Positions 40,471 through 54,332 of a stretch of 64,000 nt of DNA are shown one piece after another. Numbering within the stretch: the stretch's first letter is position 1; the number at the start of each line of letters is the position of its first letter. Under the pieces are notes generated by a model, which saw nothing but the letters and a program-made list of their open reading frames with translations, was not told where the DNA came from and made no database searches. A program made the position numbers and the translations under genes. The stretch comes from an uncultured Alphaproteobacteria bacterium (GTDB lineage Bacteria; Pseudomonadota; Alphaproteobacteria; Rhizobiales; Xanthobacteraceae). The stretch spans positions 5,306 to 69,305 of the forward strand of contig CAWJKJ010000008.1 of NCBI GenBank assembly GCA_963843435.1, in the 5' to 3' direction.

Positions 40471-42152
40471 GTGTCCAGCGCCGTAGCCGAAGCCAATTCG
40501 CAAGTCCCCACCCCGAACGCACGGCCGAAGACCGGCCAGGGCGGCCAGTCGTCCTCCGGCGACGCGTTTTCCGGGATGGTGGACGGCAACCTTGCCGCGC
40601 ACCGACACCGGTGAAACGTCGTCGACCGAGCGGTCGCAACGGTCTGCGCGCAACGACGGAACCGAGCAGCAGCCCCCGCGCACCGGCATTCGACGAGAAG
40701 CCAGAAGCAGCCAGACGAACTCGGCGCGCCAGGCCTCGACCGAGCAGGCCGCAAACGACACCCGTCCGGCCGAAGCCAACGCCGGCGAAGAGGCAAACGC
40801 AACGTCGGCCCTGCAGGTCGTCGTCAGCACCGGCATCGTCACCGCCGAGTGTCGCGCCGGAGCAGGTCGAGACCACGTCGGACGCCGAGAGCGACGACGC
40901 ATCGGTGCCGGCGGCAGCGCCGGTCACGGTCACCACCGGCATCGTTGCCGCCGCGGTGACGGTGCAGATCGAACTCGCAAGCGAGGCTCCCGCGTCGGTC
41001 ATCGACAGCGGCGATGCGCTCACCATCTCCAATCCGCCGGCGACGATCGTCGCGGCACCGGCAGAGACCGCAGCGAACGCGCTCGCGCGCGTCGCGCTCG
41101 ATACCGGCGACACGCAAGTCGCCGCGCCGCACTGAGACCGATGCGCAGGCCCAGACCGCGACCAACGTCACGACCTCGCCCGCGACCACCGAAACCGCGC
41201 CGACCGCGACGCACGGACGCAAACGCGACCGATGTCGCGGCCGACGCCGACGCAGCAGTCGAGACGGCCGTGCGCATCGAAACCGCCACCGCCGACGCGC
41301 AGCTGGAGGCGAAGGCCACCGTCGAGCTCTCCGCCGCAGCAAAGGCCGTCGATCCGTCGAAGCCTGTCGAAGAGCCGAAGCCCGATCAGATCATCGCAAG
41401 CACCGAAGCCAAGCCGGCACAGGCGCCGCCGACGCGCGCGCCGCGGCCGAACCGCCGCCGCCGGCACCCAAGCCGGAAGCGCAGAACGATCGCCGCGTCG
41501 AAGCCGACACGCGCACTGAAGCGCAGCCGAACAAGCCGGCCGAGACCGAGGCGCGTCCGACCCAGCGCCCCGCACACGAGCCTGCACCGGCGGCATCGGC
41601 ACACGCTCAGACCACCGCCTCCGAGCAGCCGCAGCCGACAGGCTTCGGCGTCGTCGCAGACGGCGACAGCTGCACATGTCGAACGTCGCCATCGCGCAGC
41701 TGACCGCCATTCCGGCCGCAAACGTGGCCGTTCCGGTCAACGGCCTTGCGGTGGAGATCGCGGCCAACCTGCAGATCGGCCGCAGCCGCTTCGAGATCCG
41801 CCTCGATCCGCCGGAGCTCGGCCGCATCGATGTCCGTCTCGACGTCGACAAGCAAGGCCAGGTGACGTCGCACCTGATCGTGGAGAAGTCCGCGACGCTC
41901 GACCTGCTGCGCCGCGACGCGCAGCAGCTCGAGCGCGCGCTGCAGGATGCCGGACTGAAGACCTCCGACAACGGACTGCAGTTCTCGCTGCGCGACCAGC
42001 AGCAGCAGTCGGGCCGCAACGACGACAACGGATCGGGGCGCAACGCCCAGCGGCTGATCGTCGCCGACGAAGAGACGATTGCCGCCGAGACCACCGCACG
42101 CAGCTATGGCCGGATGATCGGCCAGCGCGGCGGCATCGACATCAGAGTTTGA
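40471..42152 (+). CDS. fliK: flagellar hook-length control protein (many frameshifts)
   Basis: Low-complexity A/T/P/E-rich N-terminus; C-terminal FEIRLDPPELGRIDVRL...LERALQDAGL...GGIDIRV. Confidence 0.9.
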
Positions 42153-42164
42153 GAGGCGAACATC

Positions 42165-42868
42165 ATGGCCGTCACCGCAACCATGCCGACTATCCCGGTC
42201 TCCGCGCCGGCGCAGACACGTCGTCATCGTCGAGCTCCAGCAGCACGAGCTCGACCAACAGCGCGACGCTGGCGAGCAACTTCCAGACCTTCCTGACGCT
42301 GCTGACGACGCAGCTGCAGAACCAGAACCCGCTGGACCCGCTGGACACCAACCAGTTCACCCAGCAGCTGGTGCAGTTCGCCCAGGTCGAACAGCAGCTC
42401 AAGCAGAACGACCAGCTCGCCGACCTGATCGCCATCCAGAAGACCACCCAGGCGACCCAGGCGCTGAACTTCGTCGGCTCCAAGGTCGTCGTCGACGGAA
42501 CGACTGCCGGGCTGAAGAACAGCATCGCGACCTGGAGCCTGACCGCGCCAAAGGACGTCAGCGCCACGGTCAACGTCATCAACAAGACCGGGCAGACCGT
42601 CTACACCGGGACGTTCAACATCAATGCCGGCAAGCACGACTTCGTCTGGGACGGCAGGGGCAACGACGGCGTGCAGTGGCCGGACGGCGACTACAAGATC
42701 CAGGTCGTGGCCAAGGACACCGCCGGCCAGACGACGATCGTCGAGTTCGAACTCGCAGGGATCGTCGATGCCGTCGACCTGACCGCCAACCCGCCGCTGC
42801 TGTCGATCGGCACGCAGACGTTCACGGTCGATCAGATCAAGCGCATCGTCGCCGGCAACAGCGTCTGA
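42165..42868 (+). CDS. flgD: flagellar hook capping protein (frameshift near 42210)
   Basis: FLTLLTTQLQNQNPLDPLDTNQFTQQLVQF, WDGR...DGDY. Confidence 0.95.
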
Positions 42869-42871
42869 CCG

Positions 42872-43859
42872 TCATCCGGCTGATCGCGGTCCAATCGATC
42901 GCCGCGAAGATCGCGTCGATCGTGACGCTCTCCCCGCAATGCCATCACCGCCGGCAAAAACGCCGGTGAGTTTCGCGGCCCCTTCGAGATGCTGCCGCAT
43001 CAGGGCCGCCGCGGCCACGCAATCTCCCGCCTCGAGCGCAGCGAGAATTCCAAGATGCTCGCGGCAGGAGACGACCACGCGCTCGTGGCCGTGCGTCCAG
43101 TCATAGTTCGCAAAACGCCGCAGGCGGTTCTGCTGCTGGATCGCGACCAGCAGGTAGCGGTTGCGCGCGCCGGCCACGAGGCCTTCGTGGAACTGCGCAT
43201 TCATTTCGTAGAGCGCGATACTGGTCGTTTCGCTCCACGGCGTGGCGATCATCTCCTCATGCTTGCCGCGCATCTCATCGATCCACGCGGGTGAGAGCCG
43301 ATAGCCCGGCTCCATCAGCGCGGCCGGCTCGATGATTTGCCGGAAGCGGTAGCTCTCCCCGCGTCCCTCCGGATCCGAAATGGTCGGCAGGAAGCGCCAG
43401 CCATGTCCCGGCTTGCGCTGGACGGCGGCAACCTCGCCGAGCCTGAGCAGCACGCCCTGCACGGTGGGGCGCGTGACGTTGTAGCGCCGCATCAGGTCGC
43501 CTTCGGACACTTTTTCGGGCAGCCGTCCGATGCGCCGGTCGTGCGCGATCGCCAGAAACAGGCGATCGGCGTCGCTCGGTCCCGGACGCGGCGGCGCCTT
43601 GCGCACCTGGCGGCTGCGCGGCGGCGACGACATAGCCGCGAGCGCCTGCCGCGCTGCACCAGTCCCCGCTGCGCCAGATGGTTCAGCGCCGCACGCACCG
43701 GCGTGCGCGAGACGTGCAGCCGTTGCGCCAGCGCGACCTCGCCCAGCCGGGCGCCGGGCGCGAGCGAATCCGCCCTGATGACGTCGAGAATGCCCGTCAG
43801 CAGCTCGCTTTGCAGGCGCGAAGGAGTTGCGCGCCGGGGCTGGATCTTTTTTGTTTCAT
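42872..43859 (-). CDS. GntR regulator with two tandem wHTH domains plus FCD (frameshifted)
   Basis: HTH1 LGEVALAQRLHVSRTPVRAAL; HTH2 VSEGDLMRRYNVTRPTV..RKPGHGW; FCD NAQFHE, EHLGIL. Confidence 0.85.
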
Positions 43860-43916
43860 GACATGACAAAATACATTAGGCTCGCCAGATTGCAATCCGA
43901 AAGCAGGCAGGCGTCG

Positions 43917-45081
43917 ATGGTCGAACCGTTCCCCCTGATCGAGATTTCCGGGCCGCCGCACGAGCGCGGCCGCCAATACGGCCAGAAGGCCGCCGACCGC
44001 ATCGCCAAGGGAACGTCGCACTACCTTGCTCAGCTGAAAGGACTTTCGCTCGACGCCAGCCGGCGTCTCGGCGCTGGTTCGCGACTACCTGCCGGTGATC
44101 GAGGCGTTCGAGCCGACCTATGTCGAGGAGATGCACGGCATCGCCGAGGGCGCGAACGTGCCGTTCGAAGACGTGGTGCTGCTCAATGCGCGCACCGAGA
44201 TCCTCAAGCTTGCAGCGCGTCCCGACCTGCGCGCGCGGCTTGCCGGCGAGGATGATCCCGACGGCTGCACCGGCGTCGTGGTGCTGCCCGCGGCGAGCAA
44301 GAGCGGGCGGCTGATCCACGCGCAGAACTGGGACTGGAAGCGCGAATGCGTGGAGACCGCAGTCGTGCTCAAGGTGCGGCGCGACGACGGACCGGACTTC
44401 CTGATGTTCACCGAAGCCGGCGCGCTTGGCCGCTGCGGCTTCAACGCCGCCGGCATCGCCATCACCGCGAACTATCTGGAGTCCGACCGCGACTATCGCA
44501 CAGTCGGCGTGCCGCTGGCGCTGATCCGCCGCAAGGTGCTGGAGAGCGAGCATCTGGCGATCGCCATGCGCACGGTCTACTGCACGCAGAAATCAGCCGC
44601 CAACAACATGATCGTCAGCCATCGCGACGGCGTGGCGATCGACTTCGAATGCGCGCCCGACGAGACCTTCCAGGTGCAGCCGGATCGCGGACTGCTGGTG
44701 CACGCCAATCACTTCGTCAGCCCGGTCGCGCTCAGCAAGCTGAAGGACACCGGCATCTTCAATACGCCCGACAGCCTCTATCGCGACATCCGCGTGCGGG
44801 ACCTGCTGCAGCCGCAGATCGGCGCCATCACGCCCGACACGGTGAAGGCCGCGCTGTTCGATGACTTCGAAACGCCATGGTCGGTCTGCCGCCCGCCGCG
44901 GCGCAATCTCACCAACAATCTCAGCGCCACCGTCGCCATGATCGTGATGGAGCCGGAGCGCGGCATCATGGAAGTCGCGCCGCTGCCCGCGCTGAACCGG
45001 CAGTTCACCACCTATCGGCTCGATGTTTCGACTGCGGGCCGCGCGGACGCGGACAAGGACACTGTAGCGAGGGCGTCATGA
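43917..45081 (+). CDS. peptidase C45 Ntn-hydrolase (acyl-CoA:6-APA acyltransferase family; frameshift near 44060)
   Basis: GPPHERGRQYG, EEMHGIAEGA, LNARTE, DG|CT autoprocessing site, AQNWDW, HANHF. Confidence 0.9.
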
Positions 45082-46653
45082 GGCAGACCGGACGATCATC
45101 GACCGCACTCGCCGCCGCATTGACGTTCGCCGTGACCTGCCTCGCCGCTCCGTCCGCCGACGCCACCGGCGGCGGAACTCTGCGGACGCGCATGAATGCC
45201 GACATCCGCTCGACCGATCCCGGCACCAATCGCGATGGCAACACCGACGGCGTGGTGGCGCATATGGTCGAGGGCCTGGTGGCCTTCCGCGAAGACACCT
45301 CGATCGGGCCGATGCTGGCGGAAAGCTGGACCATCTCCGAGGACGGCAAGACCTACACGTTCCCCCTGCGCCGCGGCGTCAAATTCCACAACGGCGCGAC
45401 CATGACCTCCGACGACGTCGTCTGGTCGTTCAAGCGCTGGCTCGATCCGGCCACGCAATGGCGCTGCCTCACCGAGCTGAACGGCAAGGGGTTCGCGAAG
45501 ATCGAAGCGGTCGAAGCGCCCGACGCCAACACCGTGGTCATCAAGCTCGACCAGCCGACGGCGCTGTTCCTCGGCACGCTGGCGCGGCCGGACTGCGGAC
45601 AGACGGCCGTCATTCACCGGGATTCGCTCGGTCCCGACGGCAAGTGGATCGCGCCGGTCGGAACCGGCCCGTTCAAGTTCGGCGAATGGAAGCGCGGCCA
45701 GTACATCGATCTGATACGCTTCGACGGCTATTCGTCCCGCACCGAGCCGCGCGACGGCTACACCGGCGCCAAGACAGCCGGAGGTCGACAAGATCCGCGT
45801 CAATTTCATTCCCGACAGCTCCGCCGCCAAGGCCGGCCTGCTCAGCGGCTCGCTCGACATCATCGCCAGCCTGTCGATTCCCGACCTCGACGACCTGAAG
45901 GCGCGCACCGACGTGCAGGTCAGCGTCACGCCGGCGCTGGGCCTCACCGGCATCCTGCTGCAGACCACCGATCCGCTGCTGCAGGACGTGCGCATCCGCC
46001 GCGCGCTCGCGCTCTGCCTCGACACGAAAGAGATCGCCGACGTGGTGATGCAGGGCACGGCGCGCGCCAACAATTCGGCGCTGCCGATCGGCAGCCCGTT
46101 CTACAGTGCCGTGCAGGCGCAAGGTTACACGCAGAATATTGCGGAGGCCAAGAAGCTGCTGGCGGAAGCCGGCTACAAGGGCCAGCCGATCAAGATGATC
46201 GCCAACAAGCGCTACAGCTCCGTGTTCGACGCCGCGGTGCTGGTGCAGGCGATGGCGCAAGCCGTCGGCATCAAGATCGACATCGAGGTGCTCGACTGGG
46301 CTGCCCAGCTCGACCGCTACAACAAGGGCGACTACCAGGCGATGGCCTTCATCTACTCGGCCCGCCTCGACCCGTCGCTCAGCTTCGAGATGCTGACCGG
46401 ACCGAAGGCGACGCAGCCGCGCAAGGTGTGGGACAATCCGCAGGCGCACGAGATGCTGCGCGAGTCGATGCTGATCGTCGACACGGCCAAACGGCAGGCG
46501 CTGTTCGACGAGATGCATCGCCGCTTCATCGCCGACGTGCCGATGATCGTGCTGTTCAACGGCTCGGAGCTCGCCGGCCTTCGCAGCAACGTGAAGGGCT
46601 ATTCCGGCTGGCTGTTTCCGCAGCCGCGCTTCTGGGGCGTGAGCCTGCAGTGA
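45078..46653 (+). CDS. family 5 ABC substrate-binding protein 1 (frameshift near 45780)
   Basis: STDPG, VEGLV, FHNGA, GTGPFK, LLAEAGYKG. Confidence 0.92.
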
Positions 46654-46675
46654 CGCAGTCCCGGGGACGCCGCCG

Positions 46676-47629
46676 ATGCTAGGGTATCTCGCCAGACGCC
46701 TCGCAATGACCGTGCCGACCCTGCTGCTGGTGGCGGTCGCGGTGTTCACGCTGGTACGGCTCATTCCCGGCGATCCGGTGCAGGTGATGCTCGGCGACAC
46801 CGCCGACCCCGGAGCAGGTGGCGCTGTTGAAGCAGCAGCTCGGGCTCGACCAGTCGATCCCGGTGCAGTTCGTCTACTGGCTCGGCAAGGTCATCGTCGG
46901 CGACCTCGGCCATTCGATCACCAACGGTCTCGCCGTGCTGCCGCTGATCCTGGAGCGCTTCCAGGTCAGCGCCACCATCGTGCTCGTCGTCCGTCGCCAT
47001 CGCCACCTGCATCGCCGTGCCGGCCGGGCTGATCGCCGCGTGGCGGCAGAACAGCGCGCATCGACCTCGCGGTGGTGGGCGGCGCGACGCTGCTGCTGTC
47101 GATCCCGAGCTTCTGGCTCGGCCTGCTGCTGCTGCTGTTGTTCGGCCTGAAGCTCAAATGGCTGCCGGTGATCGGCTATGTGCCGTTCACGCGAGAATTT
47201 CGGACAGGCGCTGGCCTTCGTCGCTGCTGCCGATCGCTCACGCTGACGCATGATCGAGATCGGCGTGCTCACCCGCATGGCGCGCGCCGCCTCGATCGAG
47301 GTGCTGCGGCTCGAATACGTCACGCATGCGCGCGCCAAGGGCGTGCCCGAATGGCTGGTGCTCAGCCGCCACGTGCTGCCGAACTGCGTTCGCGCCCGAC
47401 CTGGACGCTGATCGGTCTCGTGCTCGGCCATCTGCTCGGCGGCATCGCCGTGATCGAGACCGTGTTCACGCTGCCGGGGCTCGGCCGCCTGCTGGTCGAT
47501 TCGATCTTCGCCCGCGACTATCCGGTGGTGCAGGGCTGCCTGCTGTTCACCGCGGTGATCTACGTGGTCGTCAACCTGATCGTCGATCTCTGCTATCCGT
47601 TGTTCGATCCGCGGGTGGCCGCCGAATGA
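46676..47629 (+). CDS. peptide ABC permease DppB-like (several frameshifts)
   Basis: LIPGDP, GDLG, IPSFWLG, IETVFTLPGLGRL, FDPRV. Confidence 0.9.
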
Positions 47630-48438
47630 GGATGCGCGCCAACACCGCGATCGGCGGCTTCCTGATGACCGTGCTGCTGGGCACGGCCGTCATCGCGATG
47701 TTCTGGACCCCGTTCGATCCGCTCCGCGTCAACCTGCGCGCCCGGCTGCAGCCGCCCTCCGCGCTCTACTGGCTCGGCACCGACGAATTCGGCCGCGATG
47801 TGCTCAGCCGCCTCATGGCCGGCGCCGGGACGAGCGTCACCGTCGCTCTGCTCACCGTCGCCTTCGCGGTGATCATCGGCGCAGCGCTCGGCGTCATCAC
47901 CGGCTACGTGCGCGGCTGGACCGACCGCGCGATCATGGCGGTGAACGATGCGCTGCTCGCCTTTCCCGGCATCCTGCTGGCGCTGGCGGTCATGATCGTC
48001 GTCGGCGCCAACAAGTTCGGCATCGTGCTGGCGCTCGGCCTCGCCTACATCCCGTCGGTGGTGCGCGTCGTGCGCGGCACCGTGCTGTCGATCCGCGAGA
48101 AGGAATACGTCGAAGCCTCGCGCGTGATCGGCAACTCCGAAGCCTATTCGATGTTGCGCCATGTGCTGCCCAACAGCCTGGCGCCGGTCGCCGTGCTGGC
48201 GACCAGCATGTTCGGCTGGGTGCTGCTGGCGGAGAGCGCGCTCAGCTTCCTCGGCCTCGGCGTGCCGCCGCCGGCGCCGACCTGGGGCAACATGCTGTCG
48301 GCGAGCCGGCCCTATATGGAGTCCGCCGCCTGGCTCAGCATCGCGCCGGGCCTGTGCATCGCGCTGACGCTGCTCGGCATCAACCTGCTCGGCGACTCGC
48401 TGCGCGACCGCCTCGACCCGCGGATGGCGCACGGATGA
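47626..48438 (+). CDS. peptide ABC permease DppC-like
   Basis: LGTDEFGRD, YVEASRVIG, LGLGVPPPAPTWG, NLLGDSLRDRLDP. Confidence 0.93.
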   Translation: MRMRANTAIGGFLMTVLLGTAVIAMFWTPFDPLRVNLRARLQPPSALYWLGTDEFGRDVLSRLMAGAGTSVTVALLTVAFAVIIGAALGVITGYVRGWTDRAIMAVNDALLAFPGILLALAVMIVVGANKFGIVLALGLAYIPSVVRVVRGTVLSIREKEYVEASRVIGNSEAYSMLRHVLPNSLAPVAVLATSMFGWVLLAESALSFLGLGVPPPAPTWGNMLSASRPYMESAAWLSIAPGLCIALTLLGINLLGDSLRDRLDPRMAHG

Positions 48439-50057
48439 CCGCACCGCTGCTCACGGTCGACGACCTGCGCATCGCAGGCCGCGCGCACCGGCGTCGCCGT
48501 GGTGGACGGCGTCTCCTTCCATATCGAGCGCGGCGAGTTCCTGGCCGTGGTCGGCGAATCCGGCAGCGGCAAGACGGTGGCCGCGCGCGCCGTGCTCGGC
48601 CTGCTGCCGCCCGGCCTGCGCGCAGACCGGCGGACGCATCGTGCTGCGAGGGCGAGGACCTCGCGACGGTCTCGCCCAAGCGCCTGCGCGCCTTGCGCGG
48701 GCCGACGGTCGGCATGGTGTTCCAGGAGCCGATGGTGTCGCTCAATCCGGCGATCAGCGTCGGCGAGCAGATGGCCGAAGGCCTGAGCCTGCATCAGCGG
48801 CTCTCCAAGCAGCGAGATCAAGGCGCGCTGCCTCGACATGCTGGAGCGCGTGCAGATCCGCGATCCCGCTGCACACCTTCAACGCCTATCCGCACGAATT
48901 CTCCGGCGGCATGCGCCAGCGCATCATGCTGGCCTCGGTCATGCTGCTGAAGCCGAAGCTGCTGATCGCCGACGAGCCGACCACGGCGCTCGACACGCTG
49001 ACGCAGCGCGAGGTGCTCGACCTGATGGTCGAGCTCGCGCGCGATCACGGCACCTCGGTGATGCTGATCACCCACAATCTCGGCCTGGTCGCCCGCTACG
49101 CGCAGCGCGCGGTCGTGCTGCAGAAGGGCAAGGTGGTCGAGACCGGCACCGCGCGGCAGATTCTGCTCGGCGCCGCGCGAGGCCTACACCCGCGATCTCG
49201 TCGATGCGCTGCCGCGGCGCGGCACAGGCGCGAGCCAGCGGCGCGCCGGCGAGCCGCTGATCAGCGCGAGCGGCCTCAAGGTCGAGTTCGGCGGGCGGCA
49301 GCGCTTCTTCCGCGCGGCAGCCCGGCGTGCGCGCCGTCGACGGCGTCGATCTCGACATCCGCGCGGGCGAGACCGTCGCCGTCGTCGGCGGCAGCGGCTC
49401 GGGCAAGACCACGCTCGGCCGCGCGATGCTGCGGCTCATCCCGGCCAGCGGCAGGCGAAATCCGCTTCCGCGGCAAGGACGTGCCGGCACGCGGCCGGCA
49501 AGGACTTCCGCCTCGTCGTCGCAACTGGTGTTCCAGGATCCCTACTCCTCGCTCGATCCGCGCATGCGCGTCGGCGAGATCGTCGCCGAGCCGCTGCGGC
49601 ATGTGCGCGCAGCTGACGCACGGCCGAACGCGCGAAGCGCGTCGAGAAGATGCTGGACGAGGTCGGCCTCGCCGGTTTCGCCGATCGCTGGCCGCACGAG
49701 CTCTCGGGCGGACAGCGCCAGCGCATCGCGATCGCGCGCGCGATCGTGCGCGACCCGCTGTTCGTGGTTGCCGACGAGCCGGTCTCCGCGCTCGACATGA
49801 CCATCCAGGCGCAGGTGCTGAAGCTGTTCGAGCGCCTGCAGGCGCAGTACGGCTTCGCCTGCCTGTTCATCAGCCACGACCTCGGCGCCGTCGAGCAGGT
49901 CGCCGACCGCGTGGTGGTGATGCAGGGCGGCCGCATCGTCGAGCAGGGATCGCGCGACGACATCTTCGACCGTCCGCAGCACGACTACACCAAGGCGCTG
50001 CTGGCGGCCGCGCCGATCCTGGATTTTGAAGGGCCGGAAGAGCGCGCACGCGCGTAG
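48435..50057 (+). CDS. fused double ABC ATPase (many frameshifts)
   Basis: GESGSGKT and [23 protein letters not shown], two ADEP Walker B motifs. Confidence 0.88.
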
Positions 50058-50105
50058 AGCATGATCCGGAAAAGTGGATACCGGTTTTCCGAAAAGATCA
50101 TGCTC
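50055..50105. repeat. Rhizobiales palindromic element
   Basis: tagagcatgatc-cggaaaa-gtggataccggt-tttccg-aaaa-gatcatgctc; begins on the TAG stop of the upstream gene. Confidence 0.8.
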
Positions 50106-50131
50106 CAAGAAGATAGAGTTGGAGCGAGTAC

Positions 50132-51669
<1,538 letters not shown>

Positions 51670-51673
<4 letters not shown>

Positions 51674-52516
51674 CATCACTCGCCCAACGCACCCGGCACG
51701 CCTGGCCGGACGGCGCGCGCTGCGTCGTCGGACTGACGCTCGATTTCGACGGAACCGCGATCGAGTGCGGGCGCAATCAATTGCCCTACGGCGCGCGCTC
51801 GCATGGCCGCTACTCGGCCAAGCGCGGCATCCCGCGCTTCGTCGACATGTACACGCGCCAGAAGGTGCCGTGGACCTTCTACGTCTCCGGTTACGACGCC
51901 GAGGTGAGCCCGCAGCTCGTGCGCGAGATTTCACAGTCCGGGATCGAGATCGGCGCACACGGCTATCTGCACGAGGGCGTCGATCCGGGCGATGCGGAGC
52001 CTGAGCTGCTGGAACGCACGCACAAGCTCCTGACCGAGATCACAGGCATCGCGCCAAAGGGCTGGCGCTCGCCGTCCGGCCACAAGACCACGCGCACACT
52101 GCACAAGCTGCGCGAGCTCGGATACGTCTACGACTTCGAGCGACAAGGATTTCGACCTCCCCTATCTCGCGCGTTATGACGGCCGGGAGCACGACGACTA
52201 CGTCTGCCTCCCCAACAACACGTCGAGCCTGGACGACTTTCCGTTCTACCGCGTCAGCTACACGCCGCCGTCGGAGGTGCTGACCCAGTGGATGCAGGAG
52301 TTCGACGCGATCTATGCCGAGGGCGGCTACTTTAACCTGACCGTGCATCCCCGCGTCGGCTACGGCTCGGGCTCGCCGGCACGGGTCGCGATCGTCGAGA
52401 AGCTGATCGAGTACATCAAGCGCCATGACGGCGTCCGCTTCGTCGGCATGCTCGAGCTGGCGCAGTGGTGCCTGCAGCATCCGGCCGACTGGCGCCGGGA
52501 CTGGAGCGGCCAATGA
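51670..52516 (+). CDS. CE4 polysaccharide-deacetylase family (PuuE/PgdA-like) amidohydrolase, motifs intact (frameshift near 52140)
   Basis: WPDGAR, TLDFDG, EIGAHGYLHE, GWRSP, NLTVHP. Confidence 0.88.
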
Positions 52517-53283
52517 ATTCTTCGATCTGTCCCGTTGCGGTGACCGTCAACCTGCAGGGCACGACGGTCGAGCGTCAGCAGCTCGGCGAGGACGCGCTGT
52601 TCGGCCGCGCCTCCTACGGCAAGTACGCCTATGCGGTCGGCTGCGATCGCCTGTTCGACCTGCTCGACCGCCACGGCATCAAGTCGACGGTGTTCGTGCC
52701 GGGCGCGGAAGCCGAAGCCAATCCCGACTATATCGCCGCTCTCGCCCGCCGCGGCCACGAGATCGCCGCGCACGGCTGGGCGATGGAGGAGATGGACGCA
52801 CCGGGGGTCGACGAAGGCGCGCTGATCGCGCGCACCCACGCCACGCTCGCACGGATCACCGGCGCCGCGCCGCGTGGCTTCCGCGCACCGCACGGCAAGC
52901 TCACCGAGCGAACGCTCGGCCACCTTGCGGCACTCGGCTATCGCTACGACGCCAGCTTTCAGGACGACGACCACCCCTACCCGCTCGATGCCGACGGCGG
53001 ACCTGGCATGATCGAGGTGCCGCAGGCGGAAATCCTGATCGACACCACGCTCTATGCGCAGCGCCAGACCCAGGACCGGGTGATGAAGACCTGGCGCGAG
53101 GAGATCGAGGCGATGCACCGCGAACGCTGCCTCATCACGCTGACGCTGCATCCGCGCAGCGACTACGGCAGCGCGCGCGCCAGCCGGATCGCGGCGCTCG
53201 ATGGCACGCTGACGTGGTTGCGTGGTCTTGCCGGCGTCACGTTCATGACGTGCGAGCAGATCGCGGACGCTGCGCGAGTCTAG
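52513..53283 (+). CDS. CE4-family paralog with degenerate metal and catalytic motifs
   Basis: TVNLQG and EIAAHGWAME replace DxD and HxxxH; GFRAP, YDAS and LTLHP retained; ATGA overlap. Confidence 0.85.
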   Translation: MNSSICPVAVTVNLQGTTVERQQLGEDALFGRASYGKYAYAVGCDRLFDLLDRHGIKSTVFVPGAEAEANPDYIAALARRGHEIAAHGWAMEEMDAPGVDEGALIARTHATLARITGAAPRGFRAPHGKLTERTLGHLAALGYRYDASFQDDDHPYPLDADGGPGMIEVPQAEILIDTTLYAQRQTQDRVMKTWREEIEAMHRERCLITLTLHPRSDYGSARASRIAALDGTLTWLRGLAGVTFMTCEQIADAARV

Positions 53284-53327
53284 CTCAGGCCAGATCGAAG
53301 CCGGGCCAGTACTCTTAGATGCGTAGT

Positions 53328-54317
53328 CTACATGCCCCACCGCAGCGCGGCCGTGTGCACCGGCGCGTCCCAGAGACGCGTGAGCTCATCGTCCAGGATG
53401 CTCACCGTGACCGAGCATCCGGCCATTTCGAGCGAAGTGACATAGGAGCCGACAAGATAGCGCGCAGCCTGGATGCCGGCCGCATCGATGATACGCTTCG
53501 CCGCATGTGCCATGAGGTAGAGCTCCATCAGCGGGGTGCCGCCGAAACCGTTGATGAGGAGCAGACAACGACTGCCGCGCGCTGCGCCGAGATCGCGCAG
53601 CACGGCGCCAACGATCTCCGCCGCGATGCCGTCAGCCGTCGCCAGTGCGACACGTCGACGGCCGGGCTCGCCATGGATGCCGACGCCCATCTCCATTTCA
53701 TTGTCGGCCAGTGTAAAGGTTGGCTTCCCTGCCGCCGGCACCGTGCACGAGGTAAGTGCCACGCCCATTGAGCGGGTCCGGCCGTTGACCTGCTTGCCGA
53801 GCGACTGAAGCTCGGCAAGCCCTCGCCCCTCTTCGGCAGCCGCGCCGACGAGTTTTTCCAGGATCAGTGTGCCTGCAACCCCGCGCCGGCCGGTCGAAAA
53901 GGTTGACGCTTCAACCGCCACATCGTCGTCTGTGACGACAGTTGCGACGGTGCCGCCGGCCATTTCGGCGGCCATTTCGAAGTTCATCACGTCGCCGGCG
54001 TAGTTCTTGACGATGAATAGACATCCTCCGCCCGTATCGACCGCCTTGGCGGCGGCGATCATCTGATCCGGTGTCGGTGAGGTGAACACCTGCCCCGGAC
54101 AGGCGGCGTCAAGCATGCCGTGGCCGACGAATCCGCTGTGCAACGGCTCGTGGCCCGAGCCGCCGCCCGAGATCAGCGACACCTTGCCGGGCTTCAGTGC
54201 ACGGCGGCGCACGAACTTGTGCTCGGCCCCGAGCGTCACGATATCCGCATGCGCGGCACAAAAGCCGTCAAGACTTTCCCGAACCACCGCCTCCGGCGCA
54301 TTGATCAGTTTCTTCAC
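53328..54317 (-). CDS. dhaK: dihydroxyacetone kinase substrate-binding subunit
   Basis: SGGGSGHEP, VFTSP, KNYAGDVMNF, RRGVAG, GIHGEPG, TSLEMAG. Confidence 0.95.
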   Translation of the reverse strand: MKKLINAPEAVVRESLDGFCAAHADIVTLGAEHKFVRRRALKPGKVSLISGGGSGHEPLHSGFVGHGMLDAACPGQVFTSPTPDQMIAAAKAVDTGGGCLFIVKNYAGDVMNFEMAAEMAGGTVATVVTDDDVAVEASTFSTGRRGVAGTLILEKLVGAAAEEGRGLAELQSLGKQVNGRTRSMGVALTSCTVPAAGKPTFTLADNEMEMGVGIHGEPGRRRVALATADGIAAEIVGAVLRDLGAARGSRCLLLINGFGGTPLMELYLMAHAAKRIIDAAGIQAARYLVGSYVTSLEMAGCSVTVSILDDELTRLWDAPVHTAALRWGM

Positions 54318-54332
54318 AAATGCTCTCCCTTG

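Noticed and set aside
40600-41680. Low-complexity Ala/Thr/Pro/Glu repeats as a novel repeat protein
   Set aside because: This is the normal disordered ruler region of FliK
40592-42868. 758-aa ORF suggesting a FliK-FlgD fusion
   Set aside because: Only the last ~220 aa are FlgD; FliK ends at 42152 in another frame and flgD has its own RBS and ATG
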